Below are positions 25,679 through 33,875 of a stretch of DNA of 64,000 bases, one piece after another. This stretch comes from Chloroflexota bacterium. Lineage in GTDB: Bacteria; Chloroflexota; Dehalococcoidia; Dehalococcoidales; JACPPQ01. The translations under genes were made by a program, and so were the position numbers. Location of the stretch: assembly GCA_016190925.1 (NCBI GenBank), contig JACPPQ010000109.1, forward strand, positions 1,614-65,613. Reading direction: 5' to 3'. Below the pieces are notes generated by a model, which saw only the letters and a list, made by a program, of their open reading frames with translations, did no database searches and was not told the DNA's origin. Numbering within the stretch: the first letter of the stretch is position 1; every line of letters starts with the position of its first letter.

Positions 25679-27088
25679 CTAGCTTACCTCCGAGAACCTG
25701 ACAGGCATGCATTTCCAGGCGTAATTGTGGATACCTTCAGATGTAAACAGTTTTCTAAAAGTCATCTCTACGGGCATTCCGATTTCCACCTGCTTGTCGC
25801 CCCTATCGGTCATATAGGCCCACATCCTTCCGCCGCCTTCGAAGTCAATCACAGCCAGAACCATCGGTGGGTCAGGATTGGGTGTAGCGTAGTCTTCGGT
25901 GTAGGTAGTCAAAGTCGCCCTCCTGCCGCCGAAACGGTAAGTCTCGTTCTGGTCTTTGGCGTGGCAATTGTAGCATATCCGTTGGGCCGGGTACTGCACC
26001 ATGCCGCAGCTTTTGCATCTGCCACCGTGGAGACGGAGAGTCTCTTCTCTCTCTCGCCAGAGGCAGGTAACGGAAGGACTCGGCGTTGGCGGGCGGCGGC
26101 GACCGGTCACCATCTCCACCAGCCCTCTCCAGTTGAGATATTTGAGATAGTCTTTTGATACCATTTTCGATGAGACGCAGGCTGAAAATGGCGGGCTGAC
26201 GTTAACCGCCTTCGCCGACTCGAGAAGGAACACATCGGCTCCATTGCCGTAAGCACCGAGGAGGAGCTTATCCCCGGGTCTGGCTTTTTCAACAGCCGCC
26301 GTTAGCATCATCAGACTGGAAGCTGTTCCTGTATCGCCGACTGTGCCAAACATGGGGGCTTGCACCTGCTCGGCAGCGAGTCCTAGCCTCTTCCCCATCT
26401 CGCTATGGCGCCTGGCATTGGGCCCATTAAAAACAGACCTGGAGAAATCTTTGACGGACAGTCCATTGCGCTCCGCCAGGCGCGAGATAGCCCTGGGCAG
26501 CACCCTGAAATAGCCTTCGTCAAGGTTAAATCTCTCCTCCCACGAGCGTATGTATTTATCCTCGTCGCTCCGCCAGATATCATGTATTTCGTCCGCAAGG
26601 GAGAAGCTATCCCTGATTGCCACGCTAATATCCGTAGAACTGACCAGGAGAGCGGCAGCGCCATCGCCAAACTCCCTTTCGAAGTCAGAACCAGGCATGG
26701 GCAGACGCATATCGGAGGCAACTACCAGTACCTGTTTTGCCGCCCCAGCCTTAACGGCGTTCGCCGCCGCGGTCAGAGCCGTTGTACCAGCCCTCAAAGA
26801 AGTGGAAAAATCGGCGGTTAGAATATCGTCGCGAAGGTCGAGCGCGGTGGCGGCCGTCACCGATACCTGTTTCTCGCGGTAGGGGAAGGTAGTGGAGGCA
26901 AAGAAGAGTCCGTCCACCGTGTTGCGGTCTATGCCTCTCAGGCAATTCGTACCGGCAGCCACGCCCATGGTCAGGCTGTCTTCGTCGAAGTTGGCGATTG
27001 CCTTCTCACCACGCAGGCCGGCCTTGATACTACCCAGGTCGAGTCGCCATTGTGGTACATAGACACCGCAGGCCCTGATGCCCACCAT
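25679..27088 (-). CDS. HMG-CoA synthase/KAS-III-like domain fused to a DUF35 Zn-ribbon/OB-fold domain; catalytic residues apparently absent
   Basis: This 469-aa ORF has an N-terminal part that aligns by eye with archaeal HMGCS. It reads ASTTFPY where I expect GSESHPY, TSLRAGT where I expect FACKAGT, and VFNGPN where I expect VFHQPN. The C-terminus has CKSCG...CYNCH plus an OB-fold-like tail (DUF35). Confidence 0.7.
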   Translation of the reverse strand: MVGIRACGVYVPQWRLDLGSIKAGLRGEKAIANFDEDSLTMGVAAGTNCLRGIDRNTVDGLFFASTTFPYREKQVSVTAATALDLRDDILTADFSTSLRAGTTALTAAANAVKAGAAKQVLVVASDMRLPMPGSDFEREFGDGAAALLVSSTDISVAIRDSFSLADEIHDIWRSDEDKYIRSWEERFNLDEGYFRVLPRAISRLAERNGLSVKDFSRSVFNGPNARRHSEMGKRLGLAAEQVQAPMFGTVGDTGTASSLMMLTAAVEKARPGDKLLLGAYGNGADVFLLESAKAVNVSPPFSACVSSKMVSKDYLKYLNWRGLVEMVTGRRRPPTPSPSVTCLWREREETLRLHGGRCKSCGMVQYPAQRICYNCHAKDQNETYRFGGRRATLTTYTEDYATPNPDPPMVLAVIDFEGGGRMWAYMTDRGDKQVEIGMPVEMTFRKLFTSEGIHNYAWKCMPVRFSEVS

Positions 27089-27262
27089 CTATATAGTTAC
27101 CTCCTTTTTATAGTCGATGTAGTTTATCCCCTTCGGGCTACAGGAGTTTCGTGACTTGTGGTATAAATCAAGCAGCATTGTACTTCGTTATGCATGGTAT
27201 CAGTTGGATGTCCCGTTGTCAATAATTAGAATCAGTCATAATAGGCTTTTTCATGACCTTGA

Positions 27263-27292
27263 CATGTATGTTATAATCATGTATGTTATAAG
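27263..27292. promoter_or_regulatory. Tandem 15-bp direct repeat CATGTATGTTATAAT / CATGTATGTTATAAG in the divergent promoter region
   Basis: The two units are adjacent, differ only in the last base, and overlap a TTGACA hexamer at 27259..27264. They lie between the thiolase operon (start 27088, minus strand) and the kinase gene (27420, plus strand). Confidence 0.5.
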
Positions 27293-27419
27293 TAACTTAT
27301 CGGATACGATGATGTGTGTCCTCATGCGAGCAGAGAAGAGGGGTGGGGTACGTCAGAACGGTCTTCAGTAGTTGAGTACCCTAAAACAGTTTCCCTTGTA
27401 GAAAGCAGAACAGGAGTGC

Positions 27420-29096
27420 GTGGTGGTATCAGAAACTTTGACGAGATGCATGCTACCTATGAATGGCATTCTAAATCCTCACGTCTGCCTGTTTTACCGG
27501 GCTCGACAGCAAGCGGATGACTTCTTATTGCCTTTCCTGGAAGAGGGACTGGAGAATAACGAAGTCTGCCTTTGGGTGAGCGATAGATGTCAGGAAGCCG
27601 AAGAAGCAGCGAGAAAGCGTATCCGCAATTTTGATATTCAACTGTCTCAAGGCCGGATAGATATTATCCCGCACACGTTGTTCTGCCTTGAGAATGAAGG
27701 CTTCAACCCGCGTATAGCACTTGCATGGTGGGTTGATAGAGTTAACCAATTATCGGATGAAGGATGCGGAAGCATCCGGATTATTTGCGATGCGGGCAGT
27801 ATCAATAAGAGACTTTGCTACATGCTGAGTGACCTTCAGGATACAATGAACCGCGATAGACAAATAAGTTCAATAGCCATTCTTTGTGTTCATTCTCTAC
27901 ACAACTGCACCACATCTCAATCGATGGAAATCGCAATGAGGCATGACCTGGCACTGGTTAAACGTGGACCTAAATGGAGCTTTATCAAGAGACGCCAGAG
28001 CAAACGTGTAGATGAAGTGGTCCAGCTCCAAAGTGAGATATTATCGAAAGCTCCTGCTGGAGCACTTATTGTGCAGAGGAGCGATAATACCATAATCTAC
28101 TGTAATGCGGAACTTGAGAAAATGTTTGGCTATGAACGAGGTGAATTGCTCGGTAAGAATGTAGCCATACTAAATGCGCCGTCTGGTGGAAAATCAGCCG
28201 AAGCTATTAGGGACGAAATTGTCGATGCGCTGGAAAAATGTGGTGATTGGAGCGGGGAGCTCAAGAACATAAAGAAGGATGGCACAATCTTTTACTGTCG
28301 CTCACGGGTCTCGACATCGCAGTCGTCGCGCTATGGAAAGGTTTCCATTGCATTCCACGCAGATATTACTGAGCGTAAGCGAGTAGCCGAGGAATTACAA
28401 AGGTCGCGTGATGAACTGCGCAATCTTTCCTTGCATTTGCAGTGCGTGAGGGAGGAAGAGAGGAAACTTGTGGCGCGTCGCATTCATGACGACCTGGGGC
28501 AGTCGCTGGCGGCTCTGCGAATGGAGCTGGCAGGGATAAGAGGAAGGCTACCGCCGGGTATCGATTCACTACACGAAAGGCTGGAAGAGGCCATAAGAGG
28601 TGTCGATGGTACTATCCAACAGGCAAGAGAAATTTCGACACAGTTGAGGCCGGGGATACTGGATGATTTTGGCCTTCTGGCTGCGATGGAATGGGAGGCA
28701 AGCGAGTTCCAGAGGCGCACCGGGACTCAGTGCGCAGTCAAGGGCAATCCCGGCATTGCCATCGGAAAGAACTGCGCTGCATCTATTTTTGAGATATTTC
28801 GTGAAGCTCTGACTAATATTGCTCAGCACGCCAACGCTACCAGGGTTACAACCTGTATCAAAGTTGAGGAGGGCAAATTGGTTCTTCAGGTCAGGGACAA
28901 CGGAAGAGGAATTACAGCCGAGCAGGTATCTTCTCCAAAATCGTTTGGCCTGCTGGGAGTGAAGGAGCGCGTACGTTTCTGGGGAGGAGAGACAAAGATA
29001 AAAGGTATCACAGGTAAAGGTACTAACTTGAAGGTAATAATCCCGGTAGGGAGCATTCAGGAGGACCACCATGATAAAGATGCTTGTTGCCGATGA
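27420..29096 (+). CDS. Sensor histidine kinase: MEDS-like N-terminal domain, PAS, HisKA_3, HATPase_c
   Basis: This 558-aa ORF starts with GTG after AGGAG; starts at 27423 or 27450 are also possible. The N-terminus HVCLFYRARQQADDFLLPFLEEGLENNEVCLWV resembles a MEDS domain. A PAS region follows, with an H-box at RRIHDDLGQSL and an ATPase domain at the C-terminus. Confidence 0.8.
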   Translation: MVVSETLTRCMLPMNGILNPHVCLFYRARQQADDFLLPFLEEGLENNEVCLWVSDRCQEAEEAARKRIRNFDIQLSQGRIDIIPHTLFCLENEGFNPRIALAWWVDRVNQLSDEGCGSIRIICDAGSINKRLCYMLSDLQDTMNRDRQISSIAILCVHSLHNCTTSQSMEIAMRHDLALVKRGPKWSFIKRRQSKRVDEVVQLQSEILSKAPAGALIVQRSDNTIIYCNAELEKMFGYERGELLGKNVAILNAPSGGKSAEAIRDEIVDALEKCGDWSGELKNIKKDGTIFYCRSRVSTSQSSRYGKVSIAFHADITERKRVAEELQRSRDELRNLSLHLQCVREEERKLVARRIHDDLGQSLAALRMELAGIRGRLPPGIDSLHERLEEAIRGVDGTIQQAREISTQLRPGILDDFGLLAAMEWEASEFQRRTGTQCAVKGNPGIAIGKNCAASIFEIFREALTNIAQHANATRVTTCIKVEEGKLVLQVRDNGRGITAEQVSSPKSFGLLGVKERVRFWGGETKIKGITGKGTNLKVIIPVGSIQEDHHDKDACCR

Positions 29097-29697
29097 CCAT
29101 GCGGTTGTCCGGAAGGGGCTGAAGGAGATAGTGGGAAATATCCCCCAATTAGTCGTAGCTGACGAAGCGTGCAACGGCGACGAGGTTATGCGAAAGGTGT
29201 GGCAAAACGATTATGACCTCCTCTTGCTGGATATTACCATGCCTGGTAGAAGTGGGCTTGAAGTACTGAAGGAAGTCAAGAACTTGAAACCGCAACTACC
29301 CATTCTGATACTCAGTATTCATCCTGAAGAGCATTATGCCGTGCGCGTCCTGAGAGCGGGAGCAAGCGGATATTTAAACAAGGAAAGCGCTCCGGACGAG
29401 TTGCGCTCTGCTATTGAGAAAGTAGCGGCTGGCGGGAAATATGTCAGCCCGATTGTGGCGGAAATTCTTGCCTCCGAACTGGTAGACAGCGAAAAAGCAG
29501 CTCATGAATCTTTATCCGACCGTGAATATGAAATTATGTGCATGGTAGCTACGGGCAAAACGGTAAAGCAGGCTGCGACAGAGCTCAAATTAAGTCCTAA
29601 GACTGTGAGCAGTTATATTCACCGTATTCTGGTCAAGATGAGAATGCGAAACAAGAGCCAGCTTACAAGATATGCTATCGAACATCTTCTAATATAA
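29071..29697 (+). CDS. NarL/FixJ-type response regulator (REC + LuxR HTH)
   Basis: This 208-aa ORF contains MLVADDH...LLLLDITMPG (receiver domain) and LSDREYEIMCMVATGKTVKQAATELKLSPKTVSSY (LuxR-type HTH). It overlaps the kinase gene by 26 nt. Confidence 0.9.
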   Translation: MIKMLVADDHAVVRKGLKEIVGNIPQLVVADEACNGDEVMRKVWQNDYDLLLLDITMPGRSGLEVLKEVKNLKPQLPILILSIHPEEHYAVRVLRAGASGYLNKESAPDELRSAIEKVAAGGKYVSPIVAEILASELVDSEKAAHESLSDREYEIMCMVATGKTVKQAATELKLSPKTVSSYIHRILVKMRMRNKSQLTRYAIEHLLI

Positions 29698-29879
29698 AAT
29701 TACCAATCGATGCCCTTATTAGTTTGATTAACCAACCTTCTTATCAGTGCGTCGCAGTTCACCGTGTTTCTCTGCTATTTCTGTTTGCAAGCATGCCCGT
29801 ATCTTTCCAGAAATGGCCGAAATACCAACCTCGCTTTTTGGTCTTGGGTTCTTGCATCGTGACACACTCTCTCTACCTG

Positions 29880-29982
29880 TGTAGGACAAGGGCTACATCT
29901 GGATATGGCAAACGTCCTACGGAATCAAGGGGTCACATCTTACAGACTTGCCGCAACACTAATTGATAGTATCAAAGGCAGA
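29880..29982 (+). promoter_or_regulatory. TGTAGG-box upstream element, divergent copy d
   Basis: The sequence is TGTAGGACAAGGGCTACATCTGGATATGGCAAACGTCCTACGG...CTAATTGATAGTATCAAAGGCAG. It keeps the closing helix (GTAGGAC/GTCCTAC) and the TAAT-GATAGT-CAAAG block. It lies upstream of the Isf-like/amidohydrolase pair. Confidence 0.5.
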
Positions 29983-30115
29983 TTCCCAAACATTTTCCTC
30001 AGCGAGTAGAGCATGCCCGAAATACCAATTGCTAATGTAAGTGGCAGAGAGGGCGGATAAACCGAAATTTAAGTATGGTTGTAACAAAATTAATTAACCT
30101 GGAGGGTAGGCAAGT

Positions 30116-30913
30116 ATGGTGAAGGTCAAGCTGCTGGGTGTTGCTACCAGTGCACGGCATGGTAATACGGAGATAGCAGTAAACTGGGCGCTTGAATCGG
30201 CACGCGAACTACCGGGAGTGGAAACAGAGTTCGTCTCACTCTCAGGGAAAGTGATTCGTTCTTGCCTCGATTGCACCGGGCGAGGAGGTCATCTGTGCAC
30301 TGGTGCTCCCAAGGATAATCCCTGTCCAAGGATACCGGATGACGACTTCAGAGAGATATGCCTCAAGATGGTGCAGCCTGACATAGATGGGTATATCATG
30401 GGTGCCACGGTTGATTTTCAGCAGGCAGGGGCAGCCTGGCATTGTCTTAAATCCCGTCTTGTATGTCTGGAGCACAATCAGTGGGGACCCGAGGCGTTAA
30501 GATGCAGGGTTTTTGGTGCAATTGCCATAGGAGCGGTACCCTACGGCGGCCAGAGCACTGCGTTAGAGCAGATGGTAATCTGGGCACACCAGACCGATAT
30601 GTACGTGGTAGGTTGTGGCCCGGAGCCCGGTGCGGCCTGTGGTGGTTACATCGGGGCCAGTGGAGCAACATGCCGGAGCGCTGCAACCGGTCGGATTTTC
30701 CGTAACCGCGAGCCGCTAAAGCTCGGTAGCAGGGAGGAGAAGCAAGCCATTCTGGAAGATAAGGCATGCCTGAAGCAATGCCAGAACCTGGGCAAGAGGG
30801 TTGCTGAAACTGCCAAGGTCATAAAGAATGGCTATAGTACGCTATCGCCGGAAGAGCTGCGCTGGCCCAAGGGTCCCATCCCAACCGGCGGATATGAGTT
30901 TGCCCATGAGTAA
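30116..30913 (+). CDS. Isf-like iron-sulfur flavoprotein, paralog 2
   Basis: This 265-aa ORF is collinear with 22168..22950 (MVKVKLLGVATSARHGNTEIAVNWALESARELPGVETEFVSL..., GKRVAETAKVIKNGY). Its Cys motif is the variant CLDC-x7-C-x8-C. Confidence 0.6.
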   Translation: MVKVKLLGVATSARHGNTEIAVNWALESARELPGVETEFVSLSGKVIRSCLDCTGRGGHLCTGAPKDNPCPRIPDDDFREICLKMVQPDIDGYIMGATVDFQQAGAAWHCLKSRLVCLEHNQWGPEALRCRVFGAIAIGAVPYGGQSTALEQMVIWAHQTDMYVVGCGPEPGAACGGYIGASGATCRSAATGRIFRNREPLKLGSREEKQAILEDKACLKQCQNLGKRVAETAKVIKNGYSTLSPEELRWPKGPIPTGGYEFAHE

Positions 30914-30938
30914 CCGTCAAAATAAAGAAAGGAGAGAA

Positions 30939-32471
30939 ATGAGCGGAACGCAAGAAGGAAAGGTTGACCTGGTAATCAAAGGTGGTAAGGTTGTCACTGA
31001 TAGAGGTACGAGGGCGCAGTGGATTGCGGTAAATGCCGGCAAAATCGTCGGCCTGGGTTCTGGCGAAGAATGCGCGCCACCTGCTGCAAAAAAGACGCTT
31101 GATGTTACCGGCAAACATGTTTTGCCCGGAGTCATCGACCCTGAACATCACCTGGTTCCTCCTATTACGGAGAGCTTCCTCACCGAGACAAGGGCGGCCA
31201 TAGCTACCGGAGTAACTACTCAGGGCATGATAACTACTGCAAGCTGGATGAAGCCTTTGCCTAAAGAGATGAAAGATAGCTGGGAGATGAGGGTCAAAGA
31301 AAAGACCTCGCTCAATGCGGAGGCTCTCCCCTTTTTCAAAGAAGTGGGTGATGAGAATTCCATGGTCGACTGGTTCTACACTCCCTGGATTGTGACAGCC
31401 CCGCAGTGCCACGAAGTTGAAGAACTGAGCTCCAAATGGGGAGTCACTTCCTATAAACTCACACTGCATACCATGAACGGTGAGGATGCCTATAACATGT
31501 GGCCGCACCTGATGCGCGTCGGTGCTTCGCGGTATGACGATGGTGATATCTATTCTCTAATGAGAGACATTGTCAAACTGGGGCCGCCCGGAATTTTGGT
31601 CATACATCCCGAAAACTGGGAAATCTCTCGAATCCTCAAGGAGGACTTGATAAAAGAGGGACGGGACAGGATGGACCCTGGATTATGGTGCGAGAAATCA
31701 CCGGACTGGGTGGAGGCCGGACATGTCCATGACTATTCATTCTATGCCAAAGTCACAGGTTGTCCCCTCTATGTTATCCATGCTACCACCCCGCTGACCT
31801 TCGAAGAGATACGTAAAGCCCGGGCCGAGGGGGTGAAACTCTGGGCCCAGTGTGCTGTGCATTATTTAACTCTGGACAAATGTCAGTGGCCAATAAACAT
31901 CCCGCTCAGGGGTAAGGAAGACCGGGAAGCCTGCTGGAAGGCCATACAGGACAGGACAATCAATTGCATCGGTAGTGACCATGTGGGTTGGGGCAGGACT
32001 GCCAAGCAGATAGAAGAGAGAGGGACCGGACTTGAGTACAAGGCCGATGTTTGGGCTGTCTGGGAAGGATTTGCCTCAAGAGTAGAAGCCCTGTTGCCCA
32101 TGCTGTTGAGTGAGGGAGTAAACAAGGGAAGAATCACTATAGAGCGAGTAGCTGAGATATCCTCCACGAACGTCGCTAAGGCATTCGGTTTGTATCCCAA
32201 GAAAGGCGTAATTGCAGTCGGCGCCGACGCCGATTTTGCCATTGTCGACCTCGAAAGAGAGAAGACCATAACACGGGACATGATATTCAGTCGCCAGGGC
32301 TGGTCTCTGTGGGAAGGCTGGGATGTCAAGGGATGGCCGGTCATGACCATCCTGAGAGGGAACGTAATGATGGAATGGCCGGAAGGAGAGCCTCGAGCCA
32401 GGATTGTCGGCAAGCCGGATGGCAAGTATCTCCCGCGTTATCCCGGGCACGAGCTTTATCCTATTGAGTAG
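30939..32471 (+). CDS. Cyclic amidohydrolase (dihydropyrimidinase/hydantoinase-like)
   Basis: The track ORF starts at 30828, but the ATG at 30939 follows AAGGAGAGAA and gives the typical start MSGTQEGKVDLVIKGGKVVTD. Motifs VIHPEN, VIHATT and GSDH are present. The first metal motif reads DPEHH rather than DPHxH. Confidence 0.75.
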   Translation: MSGTQEGKVDLVIKGGKVVTDRGTRAQWIAVNAGKIVGLGSGEECAPPAAKKTLDVTGKHVLPGVIDPEHHLVPPITESFLTETRAAIATGVTTQGMITTASWMKPLPKEMKDSWEMRVKEKTSLNAEALPFFKEVGDENSMVDWFYTPWIVTAPQCHEVEELSSKWGVTSYKLTLHTMNGEDAYNMWPHLMRVGASRYDDGDIYSLMRDIVKLGPPGILVIHPENWEISRILKEDLIKEGRDRMDPGLWCEKSPDWVEAGHVHDYSFYAKVTGCPLYVIHATTPLTFEEIRKARAEGVKLWAQCAVHYLTLDKCQWPINIPLRGKEDREACWKAIQDRTINCIGSDHVGWGRTAKQIEERGTGLEYKADVWAVWEGFASRVEALLPMLLSEGVNKGRITIERVAEISSTNVAKAFGLYPKKGVIAVGADADFAIVDLEREKTITRDMIFSRQGWSLWEGWDVKGWPVMTILRGNVMMEWPEGEPRARIVGKPDGKYLPRYPGHELYPIE

Positions 32472-32821
32472 CTTAAGATAGACTCGCGGTAGGGCACGTT
32501 CGCGGTTGCGCAGGCAAGGCTACTTCCAGGAATGTGTCCTATCTTTGCCTTTCAATCAAGAATTAGAAATCGAGGAGGCAGGATCCAATCCATCTCAGAT
32601 TGAAATTATGCGGATTGTCTCAATCCGCTCGACCGATTCCGCAATGACGGATTATGTGATGGTCTTGCAACTCGGAACATTACTCGAGGAAGTGGGTGGC
32701 TAAGGGTTCACCCTGCGTGCCCCCGGCTTCTTAAGTCCCTTGAGATTGCACCGGTTCTATTGAAATGAGCGTGCCAGACTAGGAGGTGATTTAAGGGCTG
32801 AAATGCGCTGACAAATTCGTT

Positions 32822-33286
32822 CTATATCTCTATATGCAGGCCTTTGCCTATCTTCATGCAAACGAAAGCTTCGGTATCTCTCAATCCCTTGATTTTCACT
32901 GTCTCTCTATGCAAAAAGTCAGCAAGTTCATCAGCTGAACGAAATGCAGCAAATACCATGATATCAAAGCGTCCTGTGGTGCTTGAAATCCAGGCTACCT
33001 GCTGGTAGCTGGCCAGTTGTCTGACTGCTGCTTCAACCTTGTCCTGTTCTACGTCAAAAGCCAGCATAGTCAGAAAAGGAAATCCCGCTTTATAAGGGTC
33101 GACCAGGGCGGCTATCCGCAGTATTTGGCTTTCGGTTAATCTCTTCATCCGGCGTCTGACTGTAGACGGACTAATGCTGAGTTGCTTTGCCAGTGTTTCA
33201 CTTGACTGTTGGGGGTCGGTTCTTAATAGAGAGATAATCTGCCGGTCAACGGAATCCAACGGCTCTTCGTCGTTTCTCTTTCTCAT
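32822..33286 (-). CDS. Lrp/AsnC-family transcriptional regulator
   Basis: This 154-aa ORF has an N-terminal HTH (LDSVDRQIISLLRTDPQQSSETLAKQLSISPSTVRRRMKRL) followed by an AsnC-type ligand-binding domain. It is divergent from the 33876 operon. Confidence 0.85.
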   Translation of the reverse strand: MRKRNDEEPLDSVDRQIISLLRTDPQQSSETLAKQLSISPSTVRRRMKRLTESQILRIAALVDPYKAGFPFLTMLAFDVEQDKVEAAVRQLASYQQVAWISSTTGRFDIMVFAAFRSADELADFLHRETVKIKGLRDTEAFVCMKIGKGLHIEI

Positions 33287-33306
33287 GTTCCATTACCTTT
33301 CGCACT

Positions 33307-33484
33307 TTTACGTTAAGTAAACGCCCTGCGCCAAGAGCGCAGGGTAAAAAATATACAGGGTTTCCAAAGGGACGTCCGCCTCAGGCGGATGGCCGCACGC
33401 AGAGCTTGCCCCGTTCACAGCCTGCCCCGTACCTGATACGGGGGTCAATGCCCTGCCCGCCTCTGGCGGGCGGAATTGCTTTAC
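33307..33484 (+). repeat. Composite hairpin-mosaic repeat, copy 3
   Basis: Its hairpins are CCCTGCGC-caaga-GCGCAGGG, CGTCCGCC-TCA-GGCGGATG, CCCCGTA-cctga-TACGGGG and CCCGCC-TCT-GGCGGG, ending in GGAATTGCTTTAC. By eye it is almost identical to copy 2 over the 3' part. Confidence 0.85.
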
Positions 33485-33815
33485 AACAGTTGTTGGTTAG
33501 AACTATTCACTTATAGTCAACAACAGGGGATTTCTCCCCGTCAGGTATCAAACGTTCTAAAAATAGCATACCTGGATAAGAAATATCAAATTTTACTGTT
33601 ATTGCAGTTTCAATTGCTCCAAATCGAAATCATGGTCGAAGTAGTTAAGAAAATGGTGATACTATATAGCATTTCCTTCTTTTACACGATAGAACTATAA
33701 GAGGACTTAATCGTTTAAGAATCATCGAGGTGAGATTTATTCAAAAATTTAACAATAAATGCTCGTAATTGGTCAATAATACTACAAAAAATGTGAAAAA
33801 CAATCATATTTTATA

Positions 33816-33845
33816 TTGACATGCCTTAAAACGCCATGCTATAAT
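33816..33845 (+). promoter_or_regulatory. Near-consensus sigma-70-type promoter for the 33876 operon
   Basis: TTGACA at 33816..33821 is followed by an 18-nt spacer and TATAAT at 33840..33845. It lies 30 nt upstream of the ATG at 33876, in an AT-rich stretch. Confidence 0.6.
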
Positions 33846-33875
33846 GAGCTACCTCTAAATGAATTGAGCTTGTGA

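Noticed and set aside
25679-27088. Annotation as a functional HMG-CoA synthase (mevalonate pathway).
   Set aside because: The residues aligning with the catalytic Glu, Cys and His read Thr, Leu and Asn. No other mevalonate-pathway genes are present in the window.
30828-30938. N-terminal extensions of track ORFs: 30828, 37764, 45257 and 46324, plus the shorter cases 39251, 40885, 20057, 58985, 4811 and 7252.
   Set aside because: The extensions overlap the preceding gene or lack a ribosome-binding site. Internal ATG codons with GGAGG-like sites give family-typical N-termini.
32506-32703. 65-aa ORF ending in Gly-Gly in the convergent gap between the amidohydrolase and Lrp genes.
   Set aside because: It has a non-ATG start, no ribosome-binding site and no similarity to the MoaD-like protein. 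The Gly-Gly ending is probably coincidental.
33485-33875. Possible cobalamin riboswitch upstream of the B12-dependent mutase operon.
   Set aside because: I could not find a B12-box-like sequence or the expected GC-rich multi-helix core. The region is AT-rich, and a near-consensus promoter lies only 30 nt from the start codon.
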